In this document: positions 28,571 to 42,740 of the stretch, in pieces | How the letters are laid out: each line of letters starts with the position of its first letter | Position numbering within the stretch: position 1 is the stretch's first letter | NCBI GenBank assembly: GCA_964016885.1 | Contig: OZ024743.1 | Location: 304,606,001 to 304,670,000 of the forward strand | From: Eledone cirrhosa | Lineage: Eukaryota | Direction: 5' to 3' | DNA length: 64,000 nt | Notes under the pieces: generated by a model | Seen by the model: only the letters and a program-made list of their open reading frames with translations | What the model was told of the DNA's origin: nothing | Databases searched by the model: none | Program-made: the position numbers and the translations under genes

Positions 28571-31366
28571 AATGGGTCTTTTAGCTTCCATCTATCGATC
28601 TAAATTTCTTATTAAATTTCTATAGAAATGCTTGACTGTGAGCCTTCATTTTTATACCAATTTGTAGAGGGACTGCCAGGTCAAATTTTGGTCTGGTCAG
28701 TCTCTCATGGTTGCCTTTAGGGGAAATAGTTCATGAAAAAGTTGTTTGGAAAAACTAACGTTTTTAGAAAAATGGCTGAAGCAATAACAGCTTCTTCACC
28801 AACATTCGAAGTAGGAAAAGGGAAGATAGGCTTACAGCTTCCCCCTTCCACTGTCATAGTAGCAGATGTCTCAGACAAGGGTCAGAGAGAGGAAGGATGG
28901 TCTTCACCTGCTGACCGATAACTTGACGTTGCCATGGCAACAAACCAAAACCAAAAGTGTGAAACAATGAACAAAAACAACACAACCTGTACCACCAGCA
29001 ACAACAACAACAAAGGTATGAACGAAAACAACACCAACAACAACAATAACGAGAACAACAAAAACAACAACTCGAGCACTAGCGAAAACAACCAAACACA
29101 CAAAAAAAAAATGTTTGCAGAAAGCCTTGCCAAAGTGACAGATTTTATAGAAATAGATCTGTCAAACCAAGCGCTGCACCTAAAGGTCGCTGCGCAACAT
29201 ATAACTCTCGAAGGTAACGGTTTTCGAATGCGTAATCCACCGGAAATTAAGGGCACGACCTTAAGAAAAACAATTTTCTTCCGGACTATCTGCTCACAAA
29301 CCAAGAAACCGAGGGCTTTAAGCAATAGCACGGTGGAAACCGCACTTATGGAGGCAATGCCAGACATTGCTTACCTCCAGAGGGCCAAGCAGTACGGGAG
29401 CATCTCGATTCTCTTCAAAAGCAAGGCCCTCACCTAGAAATATTCGGTGGCTCCAATTAGAAGGAGCCAACACATCTTCTTCCCAACATACATGTGAAGA
29501 AGAACCCATAAAATAAGGATCTCCCAGATCCCACCGAACACCAACATTTGGTGGATCCTGGGTGGATTTTTGGAGGAGGGTCAAGACAACCTCCTCTCTG
29601 TAAAAAAAAATCAATCCAACAGAACTGGAACGGGACCTCAATGGAGCTCTTGGTTCAAATAAAACCGGAGAGGATTGAAAAAATACTAGAAAGGGTGTGG
29701 TGGATGATAACCATGTTGTCCACATCGCAGTGGAAAGCAAAAGACCACAATGTTTCAAATGTGGAAAAAACACACATTTAAAAGCATTTTGCCCAATGGT
29801 GGATGTGGAAAAATAAAAGAAGGCGTTGTTGCAAATCCCAAAACTACAACAGACACACCCGAATACAAAAAAAAACACAACACCTAAACCATCAACATTC
29901 ATCCAACCATCACAAACCACAAAAGTCACCACACTAAAAATTACCCTGAAGGACTCTGTCCACCCCTTCCCTCTCTGTCCAACACTTCCACAAACACACA
30001 CACAAACACTCCACCACCACACAACATAACGCTCCCACCTATCCACAATGATAACACCTCACACATGGGAATCTCTACATCTCCAAGTGAGGATGAAGAG
30101 GAACCCCAAAAATCCAAGAAGCAAAAAAGACACAAAAAATACAAAAACAAAAAATCAACAGAAAACACGCACACACCCAACACTGTCATAAACATACCGC
30201 CTCAAACGACAACCCCACCAACAACACAACCAGACACTTCACCAACAAACAAACACCCACACCACCACAATCACAAACCCCAACCACAAAAAGAAGACTA
30301 CAAACAGAAACAATACACATAAAAACAAAACACATTATACATATATAAAAACAAGAAACAAAGAACTGGTGGAAACTGTCCGAAAGGACCCCACAATACA
30401 CTTCCACAAACCTTCCCTACCAACAACCCACCCCCAAACCTTAAACTTATCAGGGTAACAACCCTACAGTACGAAACTTTAAAAGGGAACTTCCCACATG
30501 ATGTGGGCACCCTTTGCCAAAACCCCTTAAACGCGTCTTGCTAAAAGGATTCCCTCCCTCCCCAAACACCCTCAATCTGGACATGGAGATCGAACAACCT
30601 GACCTCCAGGAAACGAAAAGATAAGTGTTCCTGCCTTTTCTCTCCCTAACTCTTCTTCGCCAACATGGCGACTATACAAGTTGAATGTTTGAATGTACGT
30701 GGCCTGGGCATGCCCTGGAAACAGGGCCAAATTTTTGATGATCTCAGGTCACACTGTTTAGATGTGATAGCCATCACCGAGTCCAGGATTCACGACAAGC
30801 AGCTCTACGCATCTCTCTGTCAGCCAGGAGGTGGAGGGTAGTCACTGTTCTGTTTCGAAAAAACTTGGATCTCGAAGTACAGACGATTCACATGGACACG
30901 GAGGGCAGCCTGGTAGTCCTGGACGTAAATGGTAGTGAAGGTGGAGCTTTCAGGCTGGTGGCCGTATATGCCCCGACTGGGACATCGCGAGCCGAGTTCT
31001 TCAAGCGTCTGGAGCCATTCCTGGGAACGTCTCGCTACTCAGTGTTAGCGGGGGACTGGAGTAGCATCTTAGAAGCACACTAGGATTATGTAGTAGCTTG
31101 TGATAATAGATGGGGTGTAATAGCCTCAACAAATCTCATCAGCCGATTCCAACTGGCTGATAGACATCGACTAGACTTCCCAAGTGCACCACTGTGGACG
31201 TGGAGCACCGCACTGGGTCTTCTAGATCGTATTTAGATAGATTTTTTAATTAGACAGAATGCTAAGGAAACATTAAGCTGTCCACAAATACACATGCTTG
31301 CCTATTCAGACCACAAATTAGTCACCTGCATAGATAGAACACATAGACAACCTTGATAGAAAACAT
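28571..31366 (+). mobile_element. Tx1/L1-type LINE, 5' part only (ORF1 and endonuclease), cut off at the duplication breakpoint
   Basis: ORF1 remnants with the CCHC knuckle CFKCGKNTHLKAFC (about 29752-29795); ORF2 starts MATIQVECLNVRGL at 30665 and includes VYAP, LAGDW, YLDR and SDH. Confidence 0.88.
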
Positions 31367-31514
31367 CCTCGAGAGAGCAGACTTGTTGGGAGAGTCATGG
31401 ATCTTCGACTAAGTCCTGTTTCCATACACGACTGAGTTGCAGAAAATCTTGGGGGAATTGTTCCAGAGAAGAATGGGAAATTGGGGTATTATTTCTAAGT
31501 GGAAAAGGTTAGTG

Positions 31515-31692
31515 GATTAGTAATGTCATTAGAGAGTTGGACAACATGCTTTATGGCAGAGGATTATGCCCCGTTATGATTTGTGTTCAAATCTTGCCAT
31601 AAAATAGTGTGCCAGTAATGCACTTGGTTCGATTTAATCGACTTCCCCATCCCTACAATTGTTGGCCTTGTGCCTAAATCAGAAACCATTAT
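31515..31692 (+). mobile_element. degenerate SINE
   Basis: GTGTTCAAATC..GATTTAATCGACTTCCCC..GGCCTTGTGCCTAAATCAGAAACCATT. Confidence 0.65.
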
Positions 31693-32429
31693 TTTTAAGA
31701 GGAAAACTTAGTTTGTAGTTTAGATTTGAAATATTTGTTTTGGGACCCCAATCATGTTTCTTTTCTGAAACACATCCCACATATACATATGGGAACATAT
31801 CAGGAAAGAGACTGTCATGAGATGGTGGAGAAGAAAAGGAATGGGGTTGGGAAGAGAACCCCCTGCCCCTTCATTAGTACCATAATTAGTTTTATGTTGT
31901 TATTTCCAAAATGAAAGGTATTGGAAATTTTAACTGTTCTCTAGCTCCTTAAGTTCATAGAACACGTGGTAAATGTATGCCAGAGAAAACTCGAATATGA
32001 GCAAATCAGAAACTCACAAGACAACCCATTAGGTAATTGTATACAAATTACAATTTCTTTTATTGGTCAACTTAACAGAAAAGGTGATATAGGCAATAAC
32101 TCAAATATTAATTATCTTGCGTCATGAGCATATTTCATTTTTGTGAATATGGATGAATGCTAGTTAAATGATACAATGATAATTCTCTTGTACCAGCCTA
32201 AGTATATAAGAGCGATATTGTGTCTTATAGAGAAAGTATTGCAAGAAAAGTTTCTAATTTGCATACCAAGTTGAGCATATGAAACTGGTGAGCATGGATT
32301 TAGGAAGAAAGTTGTATAGCTATGAAGGAGGTAAACATTTTCCTCCTATTTTATAACATGCTCTCATATGGTTGAAATCTTCTAGAAGATCCTATGATTG
32401 AAAAGCGAGCTGATTTTTAAAAAATTTGA

Positions 32430-32628
32430 TAAGAGATTTGGCAAGTAATTCAGAGATACTAAGTGTCGGACGCCATGCTTGCAGCAAAGAGTTACGGCCC
32501 TTTATGGTCTGAGTTCAAATCCCGCCGAGGTTAACTTAGCCTTTCATCCTTACGGGGTCGATAAAATAAAGTACCAGTAAAACATTGGGATAATTGCTGG
32601 CCTTGTGCCAAACGTAGAAACAATTATT
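32430..32628 (+). mobile_element. SINE
   Basis: GAGTTCAAATCCCGCCGAGGTTAACTTAGCCTTTCATCCTTACGGGGTCGATAAAATAAAGTACCAGT. Confidence 0.88.
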
Positions 32629-34143
32629 TACAGAGAGAGACTCTTGAATGGACGTAACAAGGCAAATCCACTTTCTTTGTCCAAAACTACATGAAATCTA
32701 TTCAACAAATCATTCGTAAACATCATTATTTCTGTACACTAAAGTTGTATCTCAATAATTGACCCTTTACTTCAGAGCTAGAAAATACTTCAAACCCCAA
32801 CAGATTCTGACCCGGCAAACCACAATGAAGTACAGATCTCATATACTGTGACAGTACTGCTTACATTATACTACACTCTGAAAAAAGCCACTTGGATAAT
32901 CGGCATAAAGTAACTTATAGACCTCTGGCCTACATATATACCGTCTCTAATCTTTGCCTTTTCTAACTCTACTACAATGATCTCTGCTCATTACTGCTTC
33001 CTTGTATCATGCCAACTCCACTAAAACACTCCGTATGCTGGAAATATCGCTGACAACAATCTCAAAACTTTACCATTGAGAAAATAGCACACTCTTAAGC
33101 AGTCGCTACACATGCTGGAAATGGCAGTCAAGAATCTCTCAAATTAAATATTATAAGCGAACCCTTATGTGGACTATGCATATAATAGAAAGAACATCCA
33201 TATCTTCCTAAAACAACTCATAACTATTTGAAAACAAATGCGCCTCTGTGTGGGTAATACACATGTTAGACATTCCAACTAAGTTTTCTTTAAATTACTC
33301 ATTACCACCTGAAAACATTTGGACATTTATGTGGTTACTGTTTAACTGTAAGTTAGTGTATAATCCCAAATAAGTCAGATTCATGTCAAGTCACCTCTGA
33401 AACATTTGGTCACTGTTTATCCCAAGGCCAGACAGCTATTAACTCTAGATCAGTCAACAATTATATATTAATGTTTAACCCTAGAGCTATGACATGTGCA
33501 TTTTTGTCAGTACTGTAGTTATGTGAATTATGTAATTCTACTTTAGAAGGATGAAGAGACGTATGCAATAATATCGTAACACATGTAAAAAGATTAATTG
33601 ATAAGTAGATTTAAAACAAAATTACAAATTTGATATCCCTGTGATAATCCTCGGCTAACTCTCTGTCTGTCTGACTCTCTCTCTCTCTGATACACACACA
33701 CAAACATATATGTATATATAGTTCAAAATAACAAACACACAAACATAGGAGTAAATGTTACATGGTGTTATTAGCTTCACACTTGGTGAGAGTTGGGGGG
33801 TGGGGGTGTTACGACGTTTCGGACATAAGCCCTTCATCGGGAGAGAGAGGGGGTTGAACTCCGAGAAGGAATGAGGGGGGGGGGCATGAAAGGACGGGAT
33901 ATATAGATATATATATATGAATAAAATTAGTCCTTCATCAGTGATCTTCCACCTTTCATTGGAATTTCATCGCTTTAAAAATCCTATACCTCTAGTTGGT
34001 GCGAGCAATAACAAATAAAGTTATTGGGACAAGTAAAATAGGGTGAAACTAGCGAGACATGTAAACAAACAACGATGGTATGGCAACAGAAAGATAGGAA
34101 GAGTCAAGCACATGAAATCTGTAAGCTTAAGCTTGGTGAATTC

Positions 34144-34181
<38 letters not shown>

Positions 34182-34704
34182 CCTTACCACTGGAAAGTGG
34201 ATGTAATATGATGATGAGATGGTTATTGATAAGTAACATATTAACATTAAAATAAAATATGACCACTTTTTAAATCATTTTTCTCTACTGTTAAAACTAT
34301 TTCCTATACCACTATGCTAACAATATTAAAATTACATAGCAGATGATAAACCAGCCCTCCTCATCATGCTCAATTTACGTGTTTACAGAGCTAGTATGGG
34401 TTTGATCTGTTATCACAATTTGAAACTGGACATGTTGGAGAACCTCATCTCGCTCATATGTTCCATTTCTATGGTGAATGCCCTTCCTAAAGCCAACAGC
34501 TTTACATACTTGACTAGGTGCTTTTTAGTATGGTATCAGCACTAATAATGTACGAGAGAGGATAGCTGTCTGTTTCGTAAAAAACTACACGTTGATTAAA
34601 AGTTATCTCCCTTACATTAATATGAAAAGTAAAAACATGAACGTGACGTTTTATATATTTAAACCGATTTCTTTCACAGTCCAAATATATTTTTGCTGAG
34701 AGCA

Positions 34705-34825
34705 GCATAGAGTTCAAATCCCGCCGATGTTAACTTTGACTTTCATCCTTACGAGTCGATAAAATAAAACACCAGTAACACACTGGGATAATTGCTGGCC
34801 TTGTGCCAAATGTAGAAACAATTAT
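34705..34825 (+). mobile_element. 5'-truncated SINE
   Basis: Same core and tail as 32430-32628. Confidence 0.8.
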
Positions 34826-35479
34826 AAGTAGAATTAATTGTATCTAACTTTAATATATTACCGACACTTTCTTTCAGATGAAAAATGTTTAATAAAGTAG
34901 TTACCTCATTCACACAACAGTAAATATTTTATTTATTTATTTTTATTTATTTATATGTGATAAGATTTCAACATCTTCGCTGAATTCTGAAGGCAGATTC
35001 ATTACTTCTAAAAAGTAACTAATGTAAAGACACAGTCATGACTGAATGGTGAAGGAGTTCGCTTTGGAATCAGGAGGTGCCTCGTTTGATACCACAGCAA
35101 AGTATCTTGGGCAAGCAGGTGTCTTTAATACAACTTCCTCTCAACTCAAGTCTCTAATTGAAATTCGATAGATGGAAACAGTGTAGAAGCCCCTCAAATG
35201 AACTGCATTTGCAATTTAAAGGGTTCGGTTTGTCAGGATATACGTGTTTGTATAATACTTAATTTTGTTTGTTGTTTCGTTGATGAAATATCTAGAACAC
35301 TCATCGATGGAATCCAGTGGAGGTTCAATTCAAGTCAAGAAGCAGAGTGTTGGTTGGTATGCTGCCCATCCACACCATTACGAGTTGTGGTGACTATTGC
35401 ACATCTTTTGTTTGTTTTCTAAATGATTTCTTATGTTAAAATAAATGTTTATGGATTTTCCCCTCAAATCTGTCCATCG

Positions 35480-36450
35480 ATTTTTCCATAGAGAGTCTAT
35501 CCATGATATCAAAGCTGTGATCCCTTGATTCGGAGGAGTAGTAGCTCCACCTGGAGTGACACCGCCGATTTCCAAGCTACAGATCCTATTGAGAAATATT
35601 AATCCATAGAACCTTCAGAGGGACTCCATTTCAGCTGCTTGTATTCTTTCGGTCATTACTTAAAATTCGTAACCATAGATAGTGAGTTTGGCTTTTACAT
35701 CTATCTCTCTTCTGATAACCAAGTTCTGAAACTGGCACAATACTGCATCAGCTTCTGCAATTCTTGCATTTAATTCATCATTCATGAAAATATCCCTGAG
35801 ATACTTGAATTTCACCTGCTTCAGTGGAACTTCAGTGCCAAAATCTTCGCAGCACTGATTTTGATTCCAGCCATGCAGCACAACTATCAAGTGCATGTCG
35901 GATGTCATCTTCTGATGAGTTAAGTAGTACCATGTCGTCTGGCAATTCCAGCCAACTGATCCTACACCTGCCTGTTTTGATACCACATCCAACATTGTCC
36001 ATGAAAATTAATAGGAATGCACCCTTCGTGGAGTCTGTCATTCAAATTGAATGAGTTCAACTTAGTAACATTTATCTGAACATAAATATTAGACCATTCG
36101 TATAAAGACTTCAAGGAAACAAGCCATTCATTGTTCCCATACTCCTGCAGAGATCTCCAGAGCAGGTCCAATGAAATGACTCAAATCTCTTTTGGAAGTT
36201 GAAACAGACATACGCCTCTTGGCAATACTCCCATGATTTCTCAAAGATCTTCTGTGATTGGAATGTTTCGTTAGCTTTGTTGTGCCTATGGCGAAAAACC
36301 ACACTATTCATCAGCTAGCTTGGACTCGACAATCTCCCTATATCTCTATGTATAAACTTTACAGGGGAGGATAAAAAAAAATATTCTTCTATAATTAGAG
36401 CAATCTCTCATCTTCCATTTTGAAAATTGGGATTATCACTCCTGATTGGC
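35480..36450 (-). mobile_element. RTE LINE RT fragment, heavily decayed
   Basis: IFEKSWEY..AYVCF, LWRSLQEYG, LLIFMD..LELPDDMVL and QVKFKYL..ELNARI motifs. Confidence 0.8.
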
Positions 36451-36494
36451 AATTTTATATGAATTATGTTAATTAATTATTAATAATGACTTAT

Positions 36495-36630
36495 GATTTA
36501 GGCGCACTGCCACGATATTTGACTGGTACACATTTTTTTTATCAAGTCCCAAAGGATGAAAGGAAATTGACTTTGGCAGGATTTGAACTGAGAGAGTGAA
36601 GCATTTTGTCTGACATTCTTCCAGTCCAAC
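36495..36630 (-). mobile_element. old SINE fragment
   Basis: AAGGATGAAAGG..TTGACTTTGGCAGGATTTGAACT is the reverse complement of the family core. Confidence 0.6.
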
Positions 36631-37695
36631 GTTTCATTTAAGCATCAGAATTAAATTTTCTATGTGAACAATCTCAAAAAAGGCACCTTAGGTTTCTTAA
36701 GCAAATATATATTTTTCTTTACTTTGAAATATTTAGGTCTAATTGTTTCAAAAAAGACTACACATATTGGCTATGCTTAAGCTCCATCAACAGAGACTCC
36801 GCATTAATATAACTTGTAATAGTCTGTTACACATCAAATCATAATAAGAAGCAGAGTCTAAATTCTGTGTTTGTTACATGTTGGTGAACAATTCTCCACT
36901 TGAGTGAAGTTACTTCCCTTGCAGCCACCATAAGGAGGTGGGGTAATGGGACTGAAAAATTAAATATAAACGAACGCGGCGCAGTCACCATTTCTACGAC
37001 CATGACAACCATCATCATCACCATTAGTCAATCAATAAAATAGCACCCTATTGGGTGCAATCTAGGACATACATGCATATAGTAGCCTGATCATCCCATA
37101 CATGTTAGCTATATTCACATGTGTGCCTAACTTGAGCTTTGTAGGTGGTTAATAAGACATTAAGTTCTAAATATTTCCTGCTCTCAAATTTTATATCACT
37201 GATTTCTTACAAATTCATCAAATATAGTGTTGTAACCTGTCCAGTGATCGCTAGTCTTGCTCATCTCACTGAACATAGATATCACTACTAAAATGAATAA
37301 CAATACCCAGTTAAACCTGATGTCACTGTTGTATAACTACAGGGCTAAATATATATTCATGTCATATGGATTTATTGTCAAAAATGTATCACGTCTTATA
37401 TGCATGATTCCCTTATCCAATGTCCCTTTTTGACCCATTTAAATGATAGGGTGTAATTTGTGGGGATTTAGCTGTTATTCCTCACAGCTTGATAGACCAC
37501 ACAGATGATCTTTCATTTGCACATAGTCTGTAGTGTTTCACTCTCTTATAGCGTTTAAATCTAAACTTCCCATTGTTATGCACATACATTCCATGTTCTT
37601 AACCATATACAGAAATAAGAATGAAAATAATCTGCTCTCAGTTTAGATAAAGTTAAACATTGAAACAATTTGTCTTGAAATCTATCGCTCTATAG

Positions 37696-37984
37696 CAGTC
37701 ATAGGCAACCTGCAGCCCACGAAGCTTCTCGAGAGCTCGTCTAAGTCACCTAAGTGAAATCCTTCTGATTTTTTTACCCAAGCTTTCAGTCGTAATTTAT
37801 CTTTCTATCATTTTTGCGGATGAGGAAAACAACCTGTACAGATTCTGAATAAACAAATCAAAACTACCTGAGTTACCGCTCTTTTTTTAAATGTGGGCAC
37901 GAATGTAAATTAGCGCTTGCGACCCGCCTGATGATGAGCCATATCTCATGTGGACCGCTTCTCGAAAAAGGTTGCCCATGCTTT
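37696..37984. mobile_element. hAT-type non-autonomous DNA transposon with 8-bp TSD
   Basis: CTCTATAG at 37688-37695 and 37985-37992; imperfect TIRs CAGTCATAGGCAACCT and AGGTTGCCCATGCTTT. Confidence 0.8.
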
Positions 37985-38739
37985 CTCTATAGTGTATCTA
38001 AAAGCAAAATGAAGTTACATAGATTCACTGCAGACAAAATATAGAAATGTATGAGCTTCATGACTTTCTCAAAGGTGACACAAAATAGGTGCAATACACA
38101 ACTGGAAATCACCAGGAGCATACGTCTAGCTCTAAAGTACTTGCAATAGATTTTCTTAATTTTTTTCATGCTCACTGCTTTATTAGCATTAATTTACCTA
38201 CAACTTGAAATTGCTATTAGGGTTTTTTATGTGTAGATAGCAAATCTAATTAATCTATTCTATAATTCTAGTTTTCTATACCAACCATTGTAATTTTTGT
38301 ATATATATTTAAGGATGAGGATATAAAAGCAAAATAAGGCTGGGGTCATTTTCTGCCCAAATAATTAAGATATTAGTCACCGGTTAATACATTTCTGCCT
38401 TAATGCACCATTTTGATCTTTTCTCTGTATTTATTAAGACGTTTGTTGCAGAGCTGTTGTGCTTTTCCAGATTATGGTTTAGACACAGCTGAGGCTAGTA
38501 CAGTTAGTTTTCAGTTTTAATTATTCTACATCAGTAGTTAAACAGACTGTGGATGCAAACACAGATCTAGAGAGATGTAGTTATGGAGAAAGCAGACATA
38601 CACCAAATATAGGTATGAATTCCAGGATAATGAGATATGGGCTTAGTAGTGATTAGCATATAATTGGTATGATTAGAAACGTAAAGCGTATTATAGCAGT
38701 GTAGTAAAAGCATTTAAGAGAAGACATCACACCATCACA

Positions 38740-40200
38740 GGGAGCTAGCCGCAGCACATGCGCCATTAGCAACAGGTGGAAGAGAGGATGGAACTGTTCA
38801 GCGTTCAACAGTTTCCATTGCCTCTCTTGTGTCGGCCTGAAATGTTGAGTCTTGAATATGCCCTCAACATGGAGATGCAGTAGCTGTCTCTTCTTGCCTG
38901 CACAGCAGCAGTCCCCACCATACCCCAAGGTGACACAGCATGCTTCTCTAATGCCCAAGTCTCACAAGTCAAGATTGCAAGATCCTGAAAAAACCTGGGG
39001 GCCATTGGCCAATGCCTCTGCGGCCTCAATCAGCAAAGCCTTGGACACCGATTGGCACAGGGATTGGTTTATTCCACTTCACTCACCTTCGGTCTCCCCA
39101 ACTCTAATGCCGATCATGGCAGCTTGTTAACAGCAGCTCTGTTCAAAGCCAACATCTCGGTTTTGGGGCAGATGCCTATATCCAGTGTCTGAGCAGGTCA
39201 CACTCAATACATTTGTGTGCTCACAGTCCTCCACCGCTGAACTCCAACAACTGTATGTGGCCTCCAAGGAGAACATCATCTCTGTTCTGAAATCTTTACC
39301 TGCCAGCAGCAGTGGAGGCACCGATGGAATCTGTCCAGCCACGACAAGCACTTGGTGACCTCTCCTCACTGCTGAGTGCCATTGAAGCCATCACCACCAG
39401 GTGCGTTCATGGTGTCCAGCCCCCATATTCTTTTCGGCCCGACTCACTGCTCTCAGGAAGAAAGACAGTGAAATACAGCCCATTATGGTAGAAAACGTCT
39501 TCTGGAGGCTTGCAGCCAAGATCGACTGCAAGTCTGTGTTACTTGAGCTAGGTGAGGAACACAGCCCGGTGCAGCTGGGGATCAGTGTGACCAGTGTCTG
39601 TGAGGGAGCCGCTACACAGTTCATCAACAACTGTCATCCCGAAACGGTACCAAGTGATTCCAAGCATCTTATCATCAAGCTTGACATGAGAAATGCCTTC
39701 AACTGTCAGTGCCGTAATCACTTGCTTGAAGTTTGCCTCAGCCAAGCACTAAATCTACCCACGGGCCCCCAAGCATGCTTTTCACTGCAGATAAGATCAT
39801 ACCACCCCTAACTGGCAACCAACAAGGTGATCAATTGACCTCCTCCTCTTCGCTCTCGCGTGGACAGTTTTGCTCGGATCATCACTGCTCCTCTCAGTGT
39901 CTGGTACCTGGACGATGTGACAATAGCCAGCATACAGCGTCTGTCAAGATATTCAATCAGTGCTTCATGCTCTGGTGAGAATCAGCCACGCGATCAACTA
40001 TCCAAATCAAAAGTCATGAATGTGAATTCTGAAACAGGGAGGTTTGCGGCCTCCATCTCAGACATACGATCCTCACTCCATCATGTGCAGGTGACCCCTA
40101 AGGAAGATGCCCTTATCCTCCATTCACCAATCCTCCTGCCTACCATTGGCTCTGCCCTCATGTTCAGACAATGCCAGCTATAAACTATGATGAGTAGCTG
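38740..40200 (+). mobile_element. CRE-like retrotransposon N-terminal and RT region, decayed
   Basis: SSGGTDGI.P, FFSARLTALRKKDSEIQPI.V..VFWRLAAK, IKLDMRNAFN, QQGD and WYLDDVTI motifs; QVTPKED is shared with the 1976..2362 copy. Confidence 0.85.
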
Positions 40201-42503
40201 AGCTGAGGTGTAGTGGCTGTTCCAGAGCAATGCATTTTAAATCTTGTCGGCCGGGACCCAGAAGTGGAGTGTAAGTTAGTTGGAGCCGGTGGGTACTCAT
40301 TTGGACATCACACATTTTCTCTTCTCACCTCCACTTTCACTCATACGTACTAATGATTGTAGTTGTATATTGGTATTTTTATGCTAGCGTTGAAAATGGA
40401 CGTAAAACGGTGATGATGCTGATGATGATGATTGCCTCGTTAAGAAAATAATCTATATATTAATATATCTGTATCTAGACATTTTTTAAAGGTGATAGTG
40501 TGATACAAGGGAGATTATTCACTGGTTCAGCAACCAAATACAAGCTGCCTCAATCCACAGATAATTTGTAAGGAAGTTGTATGGTCATGGCAATTAATAT
40601 CCAACATAGTGCCATTCCTTCAGTTCTGTAAAACTGATTATCAACAAATAACAAATGGGAGTAATTCTTGTCACAAACGTCAGGTATGGGCATCTTGTTA
40701 GTATGATTAATATTGTAAAACCCTAATTTCTAGCATTAAATGGCCCACAAATTATCTATGAAGCAAGTGAGATATGAAGATATAATTTTAACTAAAATAG
40801 CAGTAAAAATACATTTATTATATCTTATTAGAGAGAGAATAACATCTCCTCAATACTTTAATTAGTAATGCAATCACCTAACAAGCAATATATACTTAGC
40901 TTGAATACAAGCCGTTTTCCTGTATCTTACTTTATATCCCTTACAAGGATAGAAAACTGACAAAAAAAAAAACCTTGATTTTGTTGACTAAGAAAACAGA
41001 TACTTCAATCAAAAACATTTTAAACTAATTTATCCATGCTTGAAGACATTAGACAGGACTTTGCCAGCTCAGTGCTATACTACTTCCTGCAGTTCATTGT
41101 GAAACTCAGCTTTCACCACTTCTTCCCAAGTCTTATTCGGATATTGAATGTAGACTGTCTTACTGACTATGTCTCCATAACTCACAATGTGTAGGTTTAG
41201 CTGGCCTTGCATGAGGTGACATTTTCCTTGCGTATTTTAGTGACAGGAGTTCTAATCCTATCATAGGACCATTTTTCCCATGACAGGAGGCAGGATTTGA
41301 ACTAGGAATGCACAGCACTGGAATAGATAAAGCCAAAAGTCTGATCCTTCAACAATTCTGCCAATCTCCCACACAAGTGATATATAATACATAGAATGAA
41401 CCAACACAAGTTTAATCCATAAAACAGAACATTTATCACCAAGTGGGCATCTGCATTTATCATAAGTTCATCAGCTGTATTAATATACAATATATCATCA
41501 TGATTATTTCTTAAGTTTGTTTTCTCCTACTTGAAAGGTTAAACAACTTTTTCGGGGAAATATTCTACGGCTGGATGTTCTTACTGATGCCAACACTAAC
41601 TTATTTTTTAAGTATGTTTCTTATTCTACTTACCTTCACCTATTAGATTACTAAACTATTGTTTAAGTTTACTAGTATTCTTTATGGGTCATTGAAACGA
41701 CATTTCTGTCCTGCTCTAGTATCTGTATATTCAGTATGCTTAAAATAAAAATACTAACAAAATTGGTTTATATAACCTGCTTTAACAATTATATTCGCAG
41801 TCATCATTACATTTTTAAGACCTTTTTCCCATATTTGCATGAGCTAGAAAAGAAATTTCCAGTATACATCTCTCTACTTGTTTGTCATCACTTATGTGAT
41901 GTGCAATTTCTTGAGATAAGCTTTCATCAGCGATTTTTTCCAATTAGAACCCCTGGCAGTTCTTCATCCAAAGATCCTCATTACCTGCGCATCTAGTGCA
42001 ATCTCCTCTCTGGTATGCTACATCTGTTTCTTATGTCCATTTTATTCTCAGCTCATCTTTGTTATGCCGTTACTGCACATTAACATTACACATCCAATGG
42101 AGCATGCTTGATTCATTTCCCTCCAGCAGTCACACGCCCTCTGCATTCTCTGCCCATGTTTCAATTATCCTGCAATATGGCATTTCTCGAATAAATATCA
42201 TAAAGTCTACCCTTTGCTTGGAGAGAGAATCTCTTTGAACAAAGATAATATCTCACTGAAATGTTTCCACTATGTTCTTATTCTAGTTACTATGCTTTCA
42301 GAGCAAGCCCCTCCACCGCTGGCTAAGTTACATGGATAACAGAAGATATAAATCATCATCAACATCGTTTAATGTCCATTTTCCATGCTAGGATGGGTTA
42401 GGCAAGTTGTCCCATTGTGAGACAGCCAGGTCGACGGACTGTGTTTTGCTCGCACAAAACGGAGTTTGACTTGGTTTCTACGGCAGGATGTCGTTCCTAA
42501 CGT

Positions 42504-42740
42504 CAACCACATTTACGGTGTGGACTGGACACTTTTTGTTGTGATACCTACACGACCACATTACAGTGTGGACTGGGCGCTTTTTATCGTGACTCCTATA
42601 TAACCACTTTACAGTGTGGGCTGGACACTTGTTGTCACATCACCAACACGACGAATTTACAGTGTGGGCTGGCTGATTTTTCTGTGACACCTACAAGACC
42701 ACTTTACAGTGTGGACTGGGCGTATACTATGGTGACTCCC
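42504..42740. repeat. five ~48-bp degenerate tandem repeats in the RTE 3' UTR
   Basis: Core ACCAC(A/T)TTACAGTGTGG(A/G)CTGG recurs near 42506, 42555, 42603, 42651 and 42698. Confidence 0.85.

Noticed and set aside
35378-35575. ORF MEIGGVTPGG... as a host exon
   Set aside because: It is an alternative frame of the decayed RTE C-terminus (LQVELLLLRIKGSQL).
42504-42740. CRISPR-like repeat-spacer appearance
   Set aside because: Eukaryotic context, no cas genes, degenerate repeats and mutually related linkers; it lies in a LINE 3' UTR.
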